From a virus (lineage: Duplodnaviria > Caudoviricetes), in the IMG/VR virus record IMGVR_UViG_3300022886_000005, positions 1 to 32,567 of that record: a DNA stretch of 32,567 nucleotides. One strand, written 5' to 3'. This document shows positions 24,861 to 32,567 of the stretch, piece after piece. The translations under genes and the position numbers were made by a program. How positions within the stretch are numbered: position 1 is the first letter of the stretch; each line of letters opens with the position of its first letter. The notes below the pieces were generated by a model. That model had not been told where the DNA came from, did not search any database, and saw nothing but the letters and a program-made list of their open reading frames with translations.

Positions 24861-25213
24861 TTGAGGCTCATCTCTACGGAGATTTCGTAACAGGGGAGCG
24901 AGATCGCGCCGTTCTGCCAGGTGCCCGGGGAGGCTTGCGACACCACGGCATCGGTCAGCGATTCGATCGCTGCCGTGACCTGCGGGATCAGCTCCCAGAG
25001 GTTCGGGAAGGCGCGGTCATCGAAGTTCACGGCAACGATTACCACCCACCGGGCGCCGATCGGGTCCGAGTCGGGCCCGCCGAAGGACAGCAGTGGCGGG
25101 CCCACAAGGGCGGCAGGCGGATCGAGCACGGCTCCGGGGTCCCGGAAGACCCGCAGGCCCTCCACGGTCTCCAGCGCCGTGCTCAGCGCCTCGTGCGCGG
25201 TCGCCACGGTCAT
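24857..25213 (-). CDS. Tail terminator / head-tail joining protein
   Basis: LETVEGLRV...PPAALVGPP pattern. Lies between the adaptor and the major tail gene. Confidence 0.7.
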   Translation of the reverse strand: MTVATAHEALSTALETVEGLRVFRDPGAVLDPPAALVGPPLLSFGGPDSDPIGARWVVIVAVNFDDRAFPNLWELIPQVTAAIESLTDAVVSQASPGTWQNGAISLPCYEISVEMSLN

Positions 25214-25551
25214 GCGATCACCGACCTACGGAACCGGCCGATGCCGAGCTGACGATCGATGTCGACGTCATAGGACGTGACCCGGGCCGTGCCCAGGTCG
25301 CCCATCTGGATCAGGCCGTCCGGGGAGCGACGGCGCTGGTGCCAGCGGGCGGCCAGGCGCACGGTGCCCAGCTCCAGTTCCGGCGTCGGGGCCGGCAAGG
25401 TGTCCGGCCCCGAGCCGAAATCGAAGTCTCCGGACCGGACGCGCTCCACGAACGACACGGCGGCGGCCAGCACGACTTCCAGCTGGTCGTCATCACGGAT
25501 ATCCGTGATCTTCATGTCGTCCTTGAGCGCGTCCAGGTCCGGGGGCCACAT
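25210..25551 (-). CDS. Head-to-tail adaptor (gp6-like)
   Basis: DDDQLEVVLAAA...RLAARWHQRRRSPDG...DVDIDRQLGIG pattern. Confidence 0.85.
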   Translation of the reverse strand: MWPPDLDALKDDMKITDIRDDDQLEVVLAAAVSFVERVRSGDFDFGSGPDTLPAPTPELELGTVRLAARWHQRRRSPDGLIQMGDLGTARVTSYDVDIDRQLGIGRFRRSVIA

Positions 25552-25751
25552 CAGTTCGGAGTCACCAGCCCGAAGTTCTCCAGGGCGGTGATGATCGCGT
25601 CGATGGCCGTACGCGCCTGGGTGTCGACCGTGGCGCCACCGGTCGGAGAGGTGATCGCCGACTGGCGGGACGCCTGCGTTCCGGTGCCGAGCCGGAAGGT
25701 CGATGCCCGGACCGGGCCCGCCTTCCGGGCCGGGGCCTTGGTCGCCGCCAT
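25551..25751 (-). CDS. Head fiber / decoration-like small protein
   Basis: TGATG overlaps. ITSPTGGATVDTQARTAIDAIITALENFGL resembles a head-fiber trimerisation motif. Directly follows the capsid gene. Confidence 0.65.
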   Translation of the reverse strand: MAATKAPARKAGPVRASTFRLGTGTQASRQSAITSPTGGATVDTQARTAIDAIITALENFGLVTPN

Positions 25752-27118
25752 CAGCTGGCCGCCGTCACGACGATGCGCTTGATGCTCTTGCCGGCCTGCC
25801 GGCAGATCACCGCGCTGTAGCCCCAGATCCCGAGCTTGACCGACTCCGGACCGAGGGGCTCCTCGTACCGGAACCGCAGCACGTCGGACTCGAACAGGAT
25901 CGTGTCCGCCGCGCGCGCGACCAGGATCGACTCCGGGAAGGAGCCGGTGCTGACACCGTCGGAGGCGATGACCCCGAGCCCGTTGAGCCGGCCGTCGACC
26001 TGCACGGTGCCCACGCCGATGGCGTTCATCGGGCCCATCCCGGCTTCGGGGATCATCGGGCGGCCATCGGCGTCCTTGAGCTTCAGGAACTCGCCGTAGC
26101 GCACGATGCCCATGGCCAGCAGGTCCGCCGGGAGCTTCCGGGCGTTGCGCACCGCGATGGCCGCGTCGATCACCGCGTCGGAGGCGTCCTGGTCGGTGTT
26201 GAACGCCGCGTTGGTGGCGAAGGTGGTCACGGCCGAACCGGCCGCCGTGACCATGGCGGCCCCGACCTTCTTCTCGATCTTGAGGTTGTAGGCCGCCAGC
26301 ATGTCGCCGTAGATCAGGGCGTCGATGGCCGGGCTGGACATGTCCAGCATCTGCCGGGAGACGATCTGGATACCGGCGGTCGGCTTCGGGGTGACCGTGT
26401 CGACGTCCGAGGTCCAGGCATCGTCGTCCTCGGTCGCCGCGTTCTCCGACGCCTGCTCCACGATCTCGGCATCGGTACCGGTGACCTGCTTGGGCAGGGT
26501 GATCGGGCGCGGGTCGCTGCCCAGCCCGATGTTGCGCACGGCCGAGGCCAGTGCGCGACCCTGCCGGGCCAACAGCTCGAACTCCTCGGTCAGCCACTTG
26601 GGCGGAACCACGCCGGCGCCGGCGTTGCCGGTCCCGGTGGACAGCGCCCGGTTGTGCTCGGCGAGGCGACGCGCAGCCTCGTCGTCGCTGTTGCGGGCCC
26701 GGTTCAGGTCACCGAAGAACGAGTTGGCCGAGGCGCGGGTGTAGTGGCCCGGGTCGCGGTCCTGGGTGGTGAACTGGCCGAGCCGGGTGCCGTTGCCGCC
26801 GACCGGGACGCCGCCCTGGGCGGGCCGGTGCACGGTGGTCAGGGTGGCGTCGGACCGGTTCTTCACCGCGTCGACATCGGCATCGCCGGAGATCCGGGCG
26901 GCCAACTCCTGGACGGCGCGGTCCTGAACCTCGATGTCGGTCAGATCGCTGATCTGCGTGTGCAGGGCCTTGGCCTGGTCGGCCATGCCCCGGACGCTGG
27001 TCAGCTCCTCGTCGGACAGATCGCGGGACTCGTCCAGCGCGCGGGCCTGGAGGCCCTGAATGCTGGTCTGGAGGGTCGTGTACTTCTCGCGCAGAGAAGC
27101 CAGGTACGGGTTCGGCAT
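25751..27118 (-). CDS. Major capsid protein (HK97 fold with N-terminal delta/scaffold domain)
   Basis: Coiled-coil N-terminus, then RALSTG...VPPKW, VSRQMLD and LKDADGRP motifs. Confidence 0.93.
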   Translation of the reverse strand: MPNPYLASLREKYTTLQTSIQGLQARALDESRDLSDEELTSVRGMADQAKALHTQISDLTDIEVQDRAVQELAARISGDADVDAVKNRSDATLTTVHRPAQGGVPVGGNGTRLGQFTTQDRDPGHYTRASANSFFGDLNRARNSDDEAARRLAEHNRALSTGTGNAGAGVVPPKWLTEEFELLARQGRALASAVRNIGLGSDPRPITLPKQVTGTDAEIVEQASENAATEDDDAWTSDVDTVTPKPTAGIQIVSRQMLDMSSPAIDALIYGDMLAAYNLKIEKKVGAAMVTAAGSAVTTFATNAAFNTDQDASDAVIDAAIAVRNARKLPADLLAMGIVRYGEFLKLKDADGRPMIPEAGMGPMNAIGVGTVQVDGRLNGLGVIASDGVSTGSFPESILVARAADTILFESDVLRFRYEEPLGPESVKLGIWGYSAVICRQAGKSIKRIVVTAAS

Positions 27119-27282
27119 GGGGGACGGGGCTCCACGGGATAGGCGGGATCACCTATCGGGGTGCCGTCGCGTCCGGGGTGACGGCGCTTCTGCGCCGTGG
27201 TGCCGGGGATCGGGGTGCCGATCGTCTGGTGCGGGTACTCAGGCGGGAGCGTAGCAAGACCGGGCGCCGGCCGTGATCACCA
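27119..27282 (-). promoter_or_regulatory. Putative capsid promoter and repeat-containing structured leader
   Basis: -10 TACGCT (27253-27248). CGGCACCCCGAT occurs twice (27155-27166 and 27209-27220). Hairpins at 27138-27157 and 27181-27198. Confidence 0.5.
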
Positions 27283-27346
27283 CACGCGCCGAGCGCGTGG
27301 GATGCTGCGCCCGTTAGCTCCCCGCAACATGACCTGGAGGCCACCA

Positions 27347-27826
27347 GTGCCTGAGTCCACCGATCGACCCCGCACGGTCACGCTGACCGACGTCTTCTAC
27401 CAGGGCGGCCCCATGGGCGGCCAGCACCGGCGCTTCACCGACATGGACCCGGAGTCCTCGGTCGACCTGCACGGCGGCACCTACCGCCTGGAGGAGGACG
27501 CCAACGGCCGGAAGGTCTACACCTGGGATGCCGACACCGACCGGCCCGTCCCGCACGCCATCGACGGCGACGAGGCGTCGGCGGCCATGGCCGACGGGCC
27601 GGGCGAGATCCTGGCCGACGAGTCCAAGGGCGTCCGGACCGACGGGCCGAGCACCAGCCCGGCCGCGCTCGTGCAGGGCGGGGGCTCCAGCAAGGAGTCG
27701 AAGGCCCAGCAGCGCGACAACGCCAAGATCGGCGCCGAGCGCCCGGCCACCGCCGGGTCGTCCGCGTCGCGTTCGGGCGGCACCAAGTCCAGCCCGAACG
27801 TGCAGGAGAAGCCGACCAGCAAGTAG
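27347..27826 (+). CDS. Hypothetical protein inserted antisense in the head operon
   Basis: ACCTGGAGG RBS before GTG at 27347. GGPMGG...YRL...YTW N-terminal domain and a disordered tail. Followed by a terminator. Confidence 0.8.
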   Translation: MPESTDRPRTVTLTDVFYQGGPMGGQHRRFTDMDPESSVDLHGGTYRLEEDANGRKVYTWDADTDRPVPHAIDGDEASAAMADGPGEILADESKGVRTDGPSTSPAALVQGGGSSKESKAQQRDNAKIGAERPATAGSSASRSGGTKSSPNVQEKPTSK

Positions 27827-27894
27827 CCTGGCCGTCGCCGTCGGGGCCCACCTGCCTGCCGACGACGATCCGGGGCCCCAAGGGGCCGCCGGAC

Positions 27895-27937
27895 GCAGAA
27901 GGCCCCTCCCGCACTCGATCCGGGAGGGGCCTTCTGC
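27895..27937. terminator. Bidirectional terminator
   Basis: 17-bp perfect stem GCAGAAGGCCCCTCCCG / CGGGAGGGGCCTTCTGC between convergent genes. Confidence 0.85.
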
Positions 27938-27947
27938 TGTGCTCGGG

Positions 27948-28148
27948 CTACTGCTTGACGATGGTCGCCCCGTAGGGCTTGCCCTCCTTCCGCAGCCGGG
28001 CGTTCTCCTCGACTGCCGCCATCAGCGCGTCGAACTTGGTCGGGTAGGTCTCGCTCACCCCGTCCGGGTGGATCGCGGTGAAGGCGCCGTGTCCGGCGTC
28101 GTAGTCGCCCGGCTGCGCGGGGCCGACGGTGTCCTCGAAGTGGCTCAT
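27948..28148 (-). CDS. Hypothetical protein (moron, leaderless)
   Basis: ATG 6 nt after the -10 box of promoter copy 6. Confidence 0.8.
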   Translation of the reverse strand: MSHFEDTVGPAQPGDYDAGHGAFTAIHPDGVSETYPTKFDALMAAVEENARLRKEGKPYGATIVKQ

Positions 28149-28192
28149 GGGAGAAGACTAACCCATGGGAGAGAGCCCGCGCAACCCCTAGG
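28148..28192 (-). promoter_or_regulatory. Paired-operator promoter, copy 6 (upstream operator degenerate)
   Basis: The - strand reads CCTAGGGG-TTGCGC-GGGCTCTCT-CCCATGGG-T-TAGTCT-TCTCCC-ATG. Confidence 0.85.
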
Positions 28193-28217
28193 AGGGGGCC
28201 GGTTTCCCGGCCCCCTC
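28192..28217 (-). terminator. Stem-loop with GAAA tetraloop after a moron gene
   Basis: 11-bp stem GAGGGGGCCGG / CCGGCCCCCTC. The loop reads GAAA on the - strand. Confidence 0.65.
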
Positions 28218-28222
28218 GGGGC

Positions 28223-28564
28223 TCACATCTTGTAGTCGACGCGCCGGACGCTGTGTCCCAGGACCAGCCGGGAGGCGCCCCGGTCGTCGGACTCGCCGAC
28301 CCTGACCCAGCGGCCCGACCGGCGCCGGCTGTAAGCGATCTCGTCGCCGTAGGGCTGGTCCAGGATCCCGTCCTGGAGGGTCACAGCGGGTTCGTCGGAG
28401 CCGGCCGGAATGTAGCGCTCGAAGTAGACCGGGCCCAGCTCCACCGCGCGGGCCCAGAGCTTGGTCCCGCTCGGGCTGACCCGGGTGACGACCATGGCTC
28501 GGGAGTCGGTCACGTAGACCAGAGTGGCGGGGGAACCGGGGGCCGGGGTGCTGTTCTGCGTCAT
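28223..28564 (-). CDS. Hypothetical protein (moron, leaderless)
   Basis: ATG 6 nt after the -10 box of promoter copy 7. 113 aa. Confidence 0.85.
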   Translation of the reverse strand: MTQNSTPAPGSPATLVYVTDSRAMVVTRVSPSGTKLWARAVELGPVYFERYIPAGSDEPAVTLQDGILDQPYGDEIAYSRRRSGRWVRVGESDDRGASRLVLGHSVRRVDYKM

Positions 28565-28608
28565 GGGAGAAGACTAACCCATGGGAGAGAGCCCGTGCAA
28601 CCCATGGG
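28564..28608 (-). promoter_or_regulatory. Paired-CCCATGGG operator/promoter, copy 7 (leaderless)
   Basis: CCCATGGG at 28601-28608 and 28578-28585. -35 TTGCAC, 18-bp spacer, -10 TAGTCT. Confidence 0.85.
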
Positions 28609-28907
28609 AGGTGGTTCATCCCGTGCCATCCCGTTGCATTCCGGTTCATCGGTGCCACCAGCACGGCCGAGCCGCTAGCGTGGAACACGTACCCAGGTCT
28701 CGGAGGCACAGGCGTTGACCGGCCGGTGGTGCGACTAGGGCGCGGCCCCGTCGGGAGTTGGAGCCCGGCGGGGCCGCCGTCGTATCCTCTGGGCAGGGCG
28801 CGGCTAAGCCCCGGGGACGCCCGGGTGAGCACCGCGCACGCACCGCGCGGGCGGGCTGCGTCGAGACCGGACCCCCGGGACGGCAGGGTCGCAGCCCCCC
28901 GCGCGGC

Positions 28908-29537
28908 CTACGCCACCTCGTCCGGGAGCTGGAGCCCGGCCAGCTCGGCCATGATCGCCGCCGCCTGGTCGATCCGGCGGGGCTCGGGCCGCCACGTCGT
29001 GGTCCCGTCCTGCTGGTCCGCCGAGCGCACCGCCATGATCTGGGCGCCCTCCCCGTACGCGCCGGCCAGCACAACCGAGACCTCCCGCAGGTCCGCGCGC
29101 ACGCGGGTCACCGTGCCGTCGGGCTCGATGTGGTCCCGACCGGCGCGGAAACCGACGCTCAGCTCGGTCAGCACGCCGTCGGCGACCAGGGCCAGGGTCT
29201 CGTCCCCGGCCGACGTCGCCGACACGCGCCAGGCCCCCCACAGGCCCATGGCGTCGTTGCGCAGCTCCAGCGCCTTGCCGATCAGCACGCCACCGTGGCT
29301 CATGTGGTCGCGGGTGAAGACCACCCGGCCCGGCCGGTCGAGCTGGTGATCGAACGCGCCGGGCGCGAACTGCTCGGTCAGGTTCTGGTCGATCCGCTGA
29401 CGGCGCAGGAAGGGAACGGCGATCCCCTCGATGGTGCGCCCGTCGCCCCCACGGCCGGCGCTACGCACCTCCAGCAGGGGTTCGAAGGTGCGCACGAACG
29501 CGTCACCGGGCTTCGGGTGGATCAGGGGAGCGGACAT
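28908..29537 (-). CDS. HK97-family prohead (capsid maturation) protease
   Basis: RTIEGIAVPF...EQFAPGAF...H...IG...ELSVGF...LREVSVV..GAY signature. Confidence 0.92.
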   Translation of the reverse strand: MSAPLIHPKPGDAFVRTFEPLLEVRSAGRGGDGRTIEGIAVPFLRRQRIDQNLTEQFAPGAFDHQLDRPGRVVFTRDHMSHGGVLIGKALELRNDAMGLWGAWRVSATSAGDETLALVADGVLTELSVGFRAGRDHIEPDGTVTRVRADLREVSVVLAGAYGEGAQIMAVRSADQQDGTTTWRPEPRRIDQAAAIMAELAGLQLPDEVA

Positions 29538-29563
29538 CGGGGGAGCGTCCTTCCTTCTCGGGG

Positions 29564-30403
29564 TCAGCCGGCGATCCGCCGCAGGAGCGCGGCGGCCAGC
29601 TGGTCGTAGTCGAGTCCGGGCGCGGGGGCGCCCTCCCGAGCCTCGGCAAGGCCCTGGACGGTGGACATCAGCTCATCGAGCCGACGGTGCACGGCATCGA
29701 CGTCCCACGCCGTGCGGTAGCTGGACCCGTCGACGTTCATCGCGTAGCCGAACAAGGTGTCCGCGAACGGCGGGTTCCCCAGCGCCTCGCCCTGCGCCCC
29801 GCGCCGGTTGGGCAGCTTGCTGGTGGTCTCGCGGTGGATCTCGGAGAGCATCTTGATCTGGTCAGGGGTCAACTCGTCCTCCTCGGGATGGATCACCACG
29901 ACCGGCCCAGTGGTGGCCGGGTGGCCGTAGTGGGTGCGCAGCGCGGCCAGGGCGGTGGCGCAGTCCGCCTCGGTCATGCCGTCGGCGATCTCGAAGTGCA
30001 TCGGGTCCTTGCGGCCCGTGTAGTCCCCGCCCCACCGCACGACGCGCCGGCCCCGGGAGGTGGCCGAGGCGAGGATGTCGCGCACGGTGGCGATCTGGCG
30101 GGCCGAGAGGTTCACGCTCGGGGCGCTGCCCAGTGGCCAGCGAGTGGCGTTGACGTCGACCGCCGTACCGCTGGCGTGGTTGCTGATCGCCGCCGAGCCG
30201 CGCACGGTGCGTTCGGCGTAGCCCCAGTCGTCGGCGCCCTGGTCGACGTCCTGCACCATCAGGTCGAACAGCGCCACGACCTCCAGCAAGAGATCCCCGG
30301 CGGGCCCGATGCGCACGGGCAGGCGCAGGCGCGTACCCGGCGGCGTGCGCGTGGCGATCACCGACCGGTCATTGGCAGGCCACCCGTTCTGCGAGCGCAC
30401 CAT
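29564..30403 (-). CDS. Endolysin, M15-family (L-Ala-D-Glu-type) zinc peptidase
   Basis: SQNGWP N-terminus, WGYAER, SNHASGTAVD and WGGDY...DPMHFEI motifs. TGATG overlap at 30403. Confidence 0.9.
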   Translation of the reverse strand: MVRSQNGWPANDRSVIATRTPPGTRLRLPVRIGPAGDLLLEVVALFDLMVQDVDQGADDWGYAERTVRGSAAISNHASGTAVDVNATRWPLGSAPSVNLSARQIATVRDILASATSRGRRVVRWGGDYTGRKDPMHFEIADGMTEADCATALAALRTHYGHPATTGPVVVIHPEEDELTPDQIKMLSEIHRETTSKLPNRRGAQGEALGNPPFADTLFGYAMNVDGSSYRTAWDVDAVHRRLDELMSTVQGLAEAREGAPAPGLDYDQLAAALLRRIAG

Positions 30404-30840
30404 CAGCGATCCTGCGGGAGCTTGCCGAAGACCAGCCGGTACCAAGAGCTGGTGGTCGAGTCCAGCTCATCGCCCGACAGGTACTTGGACAGGAACTTGC
30501 GCAGCGTGCGCCACGGAGTAGGGGACCCGCGCCACTTCGCCAGGCCCGGCCCGGCCGTCCAGTACCGGCGCAAGGCGCCCGGGTTGCCCGAGCGCACGAC
30601 CAGGGCCGCCTTCTCGCCCGGGAACCACGGGCGTGACTCCTCCTCGGAACGGCCCATGACCGTCTTCGTGACGTCCTTGCGGACGAACGCGCGCCAGGCG
30701 TCAACGCCCTGCTCGGCCAGGATGGCCAGTGCCTGCGGAGATCCTTCGATCCCCGAGGCCGCCCAGGTGCCCGCGCCGGCGGGCTGGTCGAACTTCTCAC
30801 CCAGCTCTACTCGGGCGGCATCGCCGTCACTTCCAGCCAT
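30403..30840 (-). CDS. Hypothetical head-region protein
   Basis: LRRYWTAGPGLAKW..SPTPWRTL...LSKY domain. Start uncertain. Confidence 0.75.
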   Translation of the reverse strand: MAGSDGDAARVELGEKFDQPAGAGTWAASGIEGSPQALAILAEQGVDAWRAFVRKDVTKTVMGRSEEESRPWFPGEKAALVVRSGNPGALRRYWTAGPGLAKWRGSPTPWRTLRKFLSKYLSGDELDSTTSSWYRLVFGKLPQDR

Positions 30841-32567
30841 CGCTTGCCCCCCTTCATCGTGTCCTTAGTGATCGCGTACCGGGTGCCGTGCGGCAACACC
30901 AGCTCCTCTTCGTGCGGGAAGTGGCTCAGCCCACCGCCGTTCAGCACCGCGCCCGGCATGCCCTTCGGAACGGTGATCTTCATGACGACGTTCTTGCCGG
31001 TGAAGGCGCCCTCGCCGATCGACGTCGACTGGAAGCCCTTGGCCGTGTAGGTCATCCCCTCGGCGGGCGGGTCGGGCATTCCCGGGTCGGAGTCCAACCC
31101 GCGCACCGCCGTCATGGTCTCCGGCGCCTTCCACCGGTTCAGCAGGTTCGTCAGGTTCGTGATCTGGGCCTTGGTCAGATCGTCGGCACCGTCGAAGTTG
31201 TCGGCCCACAGCGGACCGTTCATCGAGCTGTAGCCCGAGCCCGAGTAGGCCAGTGCGGCCGACGCCTCCCACTTCGGGACCGCGCCACCCACGGCCTGGT
31301 TGTACTTCTTGGCCGCGCGGTTGGCCTTGGAGTTCGGCGCACCGTAGGGAGTCGGCGCGATCGGCTGCGGCGGACCGCCGACCTCGAAGGCGCCGAACTT
31401 CTGACCAGGTCCGACCGTGGGCCCGGTCCCGGTGGCGTTACCGCCGATCGTCGAACCGCCCATCAGCGACACGCCGGCCTTGCCGCCCAGCAGGCCCGGA
31501 GACGGGCCCGGGAGCCCGCCGTCGTCGGAGGCCGTCGGAAGACCGTTGGCCACCGCTGCCGCGTTCTGCGGGCTCAGGCCGCCCATCGATCCGTCCCAGT
31601 ACGCCTTCCACTGAGGACCGGTCCAGCTCAGCGAACCCACGCCCTTCGGCGGCTTCTCCACGCCGAGTGCGTCGGCCGTGGAATCCAGCTCGGCCGCACT
31701 CTTCGGCGGTGCCGACGGCACGACGTGCACCGCCGCCTTGGCCACCGCCGTGCTGTGGCCCATGGACTCCAGGAAGGCCACTTCTTCGGCCGCTGCCGCC
31801 TTGGCCTTGGCGTCGGGATCCGCAGCAATGGCAGCAGCGGCCGCCGAGCCGGGCGACATGCCCTGCTCGTAGGACGCCTTCCAGTAGCCCTCCCACTGCT
31901 TGGCCGTGGTCAACTTCTTCTGCATCGCCTTGGGCGGCGGTGTCACGCCGAGCTGGTCGGCGATCAGCTCGATCTGCACGGCGTCCTGCGGCACGAAGTC
32001 CGGCACGGTCTGACCCGGAACGGCGGGACCGGGGTCGAAGAAGTCGCCCCACTGGTCCTGGGTCCATGGTGTGCCCGGGGCCGCCTTGCCGACGTTCTCC
32101 GCATCCCACGCCGCCGTGGCTGCGTCCTTCTCGGCCTTGCCACCGGGGGTGTCGTACCAGGCGTGCTGCTTGGCGATCGGCCAGTCGTAGTAGTCGTCGG
32201 GGACCGAGGGCATCGAGTCCAGGAACGTGTCCAGATCGAATCCCACGGGCTCGGCGGTGACGTTGCCCGAGTTCTCCGGCACATCGGCCAGAGGCTTGGA
32301 CTGCTCCTTCTCAGCCATCTTGGCGTCGACGTCGGCCTGCACCTGGCCCAGGAAGTCTTCGAACTCAGCATCGAGATCGGCGAAGTCGCCATCACCCTTG
32401 GCCTTCTTCGCCGCCGCCACCGGGTTGGCGTCCATCTCGGCGACGAACGCGTCGAACTCCGCTTCGGCCTGGGACTTCTTGCTCATCGGGTCCGGCTTCG
32501 TGCTGGCCACCGACGCGCCGACGGTGGCCAGCTCCTTCTTCTTCGCCGCCTGGGTCAGCGAGCCCTC
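30807..32567 (-). CDS. Head-region protein with C-terminal VIP2-like ADP-ribosyltransferase domain (5' end outside window; possibly a MuF-like fusion)
   Basis: YSGSGYSSMN...AVRG...FQSTS...HEEELVL is an R-S-E class ART signature. The frame is open to the window edge. Confidence 0.88.
   Translation of the reverse strand, partial: EGSLTQAAKKKELATVGASVASTKPDPMSKKSQAEAEFDAFVAEMDANPVAAAKKAKGDGDFADLDAEFEDFLGQVQADVDAKMAEKEQSKPLADVPENSGNVTAEPVGFDLDTFLDSMPSVPDDYYDWPIAKQHAWYDTPGGKAEKDAATAAWDAENVGKAAPGTPWTQDQWGDFFDPGPAVPGQTVPDFVPQDAVQIELIADQLGVTPPPKAMQKKLTTAKQWEGYWKASYEQGMSPGSAAAAAIAADPDAKAKAAAAEEVAFLESMGHSTAVAKAAVHVVPSAPPKSAAELDSTADALGVEKPPKGVGSLSWTGPQWKAYWDGSMGGLSPQNAAAVANGLPTASDDGGLPGPSPGLLGGKAGVSLMGGSTIGGNATGTGPTVGPGQKFGAFEVGGPPQPIAPTPYGAPNSKANRAAKKYNQAVGGAVPKWEASAALAYSGSGYSSMNGPLWADNFDGADDLTKAQITNLTNLLNRWKAPETMTAVRGLDSDPGMPDPPAEGMTYTAKGFQSTSIGEGAFTGKNVVMKITVPKGMPGAVLNGGGLSHFPHEEELVLPHGTRYAITKDTMKGGKRWLEVTAMPPE

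Larger units (their letters stand above)
28145..28603. repeat. 43-bp direct repeat (28145-28187 and 28561-28603, one mismatch)
   Basis: TCATGGGAGAAGACTAACCCATGGGAGAGAGCCCG(C/T)GCAACCC occurs twice, 416 bp apart. Confidence 0.9.
1..32567. mobile_element. Partial genome of an actinobacterial siphovirus (phage or prophage)
   Basis: Terminase, HK97 protease and capsid, tail and tape measure, and lysin genes are present. Genes are tightly packed with ATGA/TGATG overlaps. GC is very high. No host genes or att sites are seen. Confidence 0.97.

Noticed and set aside
27410-27417. Single CCCATGGG
   Set aside because: It is unpaired, lies inside coding sequence (GPMG) and has no flanking promoter boxes.
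554-28608. CCCATGGG repeats as a CRISPR array or as simple NcoI-site clustering
   Set aside because: The copies are dispersed in pairs at fixed 22-23 bp spacing around -35/-10 boxes. There is no repeat-spacer array and no cas genes.
28609-28907. ORFs and short CATCCCG-like repeats in the gap after the protease gene
   Set aside because: No convincing RBS or codon bias. The repeats are short and degenerate. Only a GC-rich hairpin near 28843-28906 is evident.

Overview
This window is part of the genome of a very GC-rich tailed siphovirus (phage or prophage) of an actinobacterial host. No host genes, integrase or att site are visible. The + strand arm (1-11.2 kb) carries about 27 mostly small early/accessory genes, including an endonuclease VII, a HicA-like/winged-helix fusion and an HTH protein. 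Unusually, it also carries the small and large terminase genes. The - strand arm (32.6 kb down to 11.3 kb) is the virion operon: an ADP-ribosyltransferase-tipped head-region protein (5' end outside the window), an M15 endolysin, HK97 prohead protease, major capsid, connectors, major tail, frameshifted tail chaperone, tape measure, tail tip proteins including a GH16 fusion, holin-like genes and a collagen-like gene. The arms converge on a 16-bp-stem terminator at 11207-11244. The most striking signal is non-coding. First, seven promoters share paired CCCATGGG palindromes 22-23 bp apart around the -35/-10 boxes, and four of them drive leaderless genes. Second, at least ten + strand genes share a CCTGGGAG start-associated motif. 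Third, the longest copy of that motif has no start codon after it and lies at 11255-11278, between the terminator and a - strand TAGGAT -10 box. This predicts an ~80-nt antisense small RNA complementary to the ribosome-binding sites of many early genes. Fourth, a four-hairpin structured RNA follows one of the promoters at 2301-2442. All product calls come from motif recognition and synteny only; no database searches were run.
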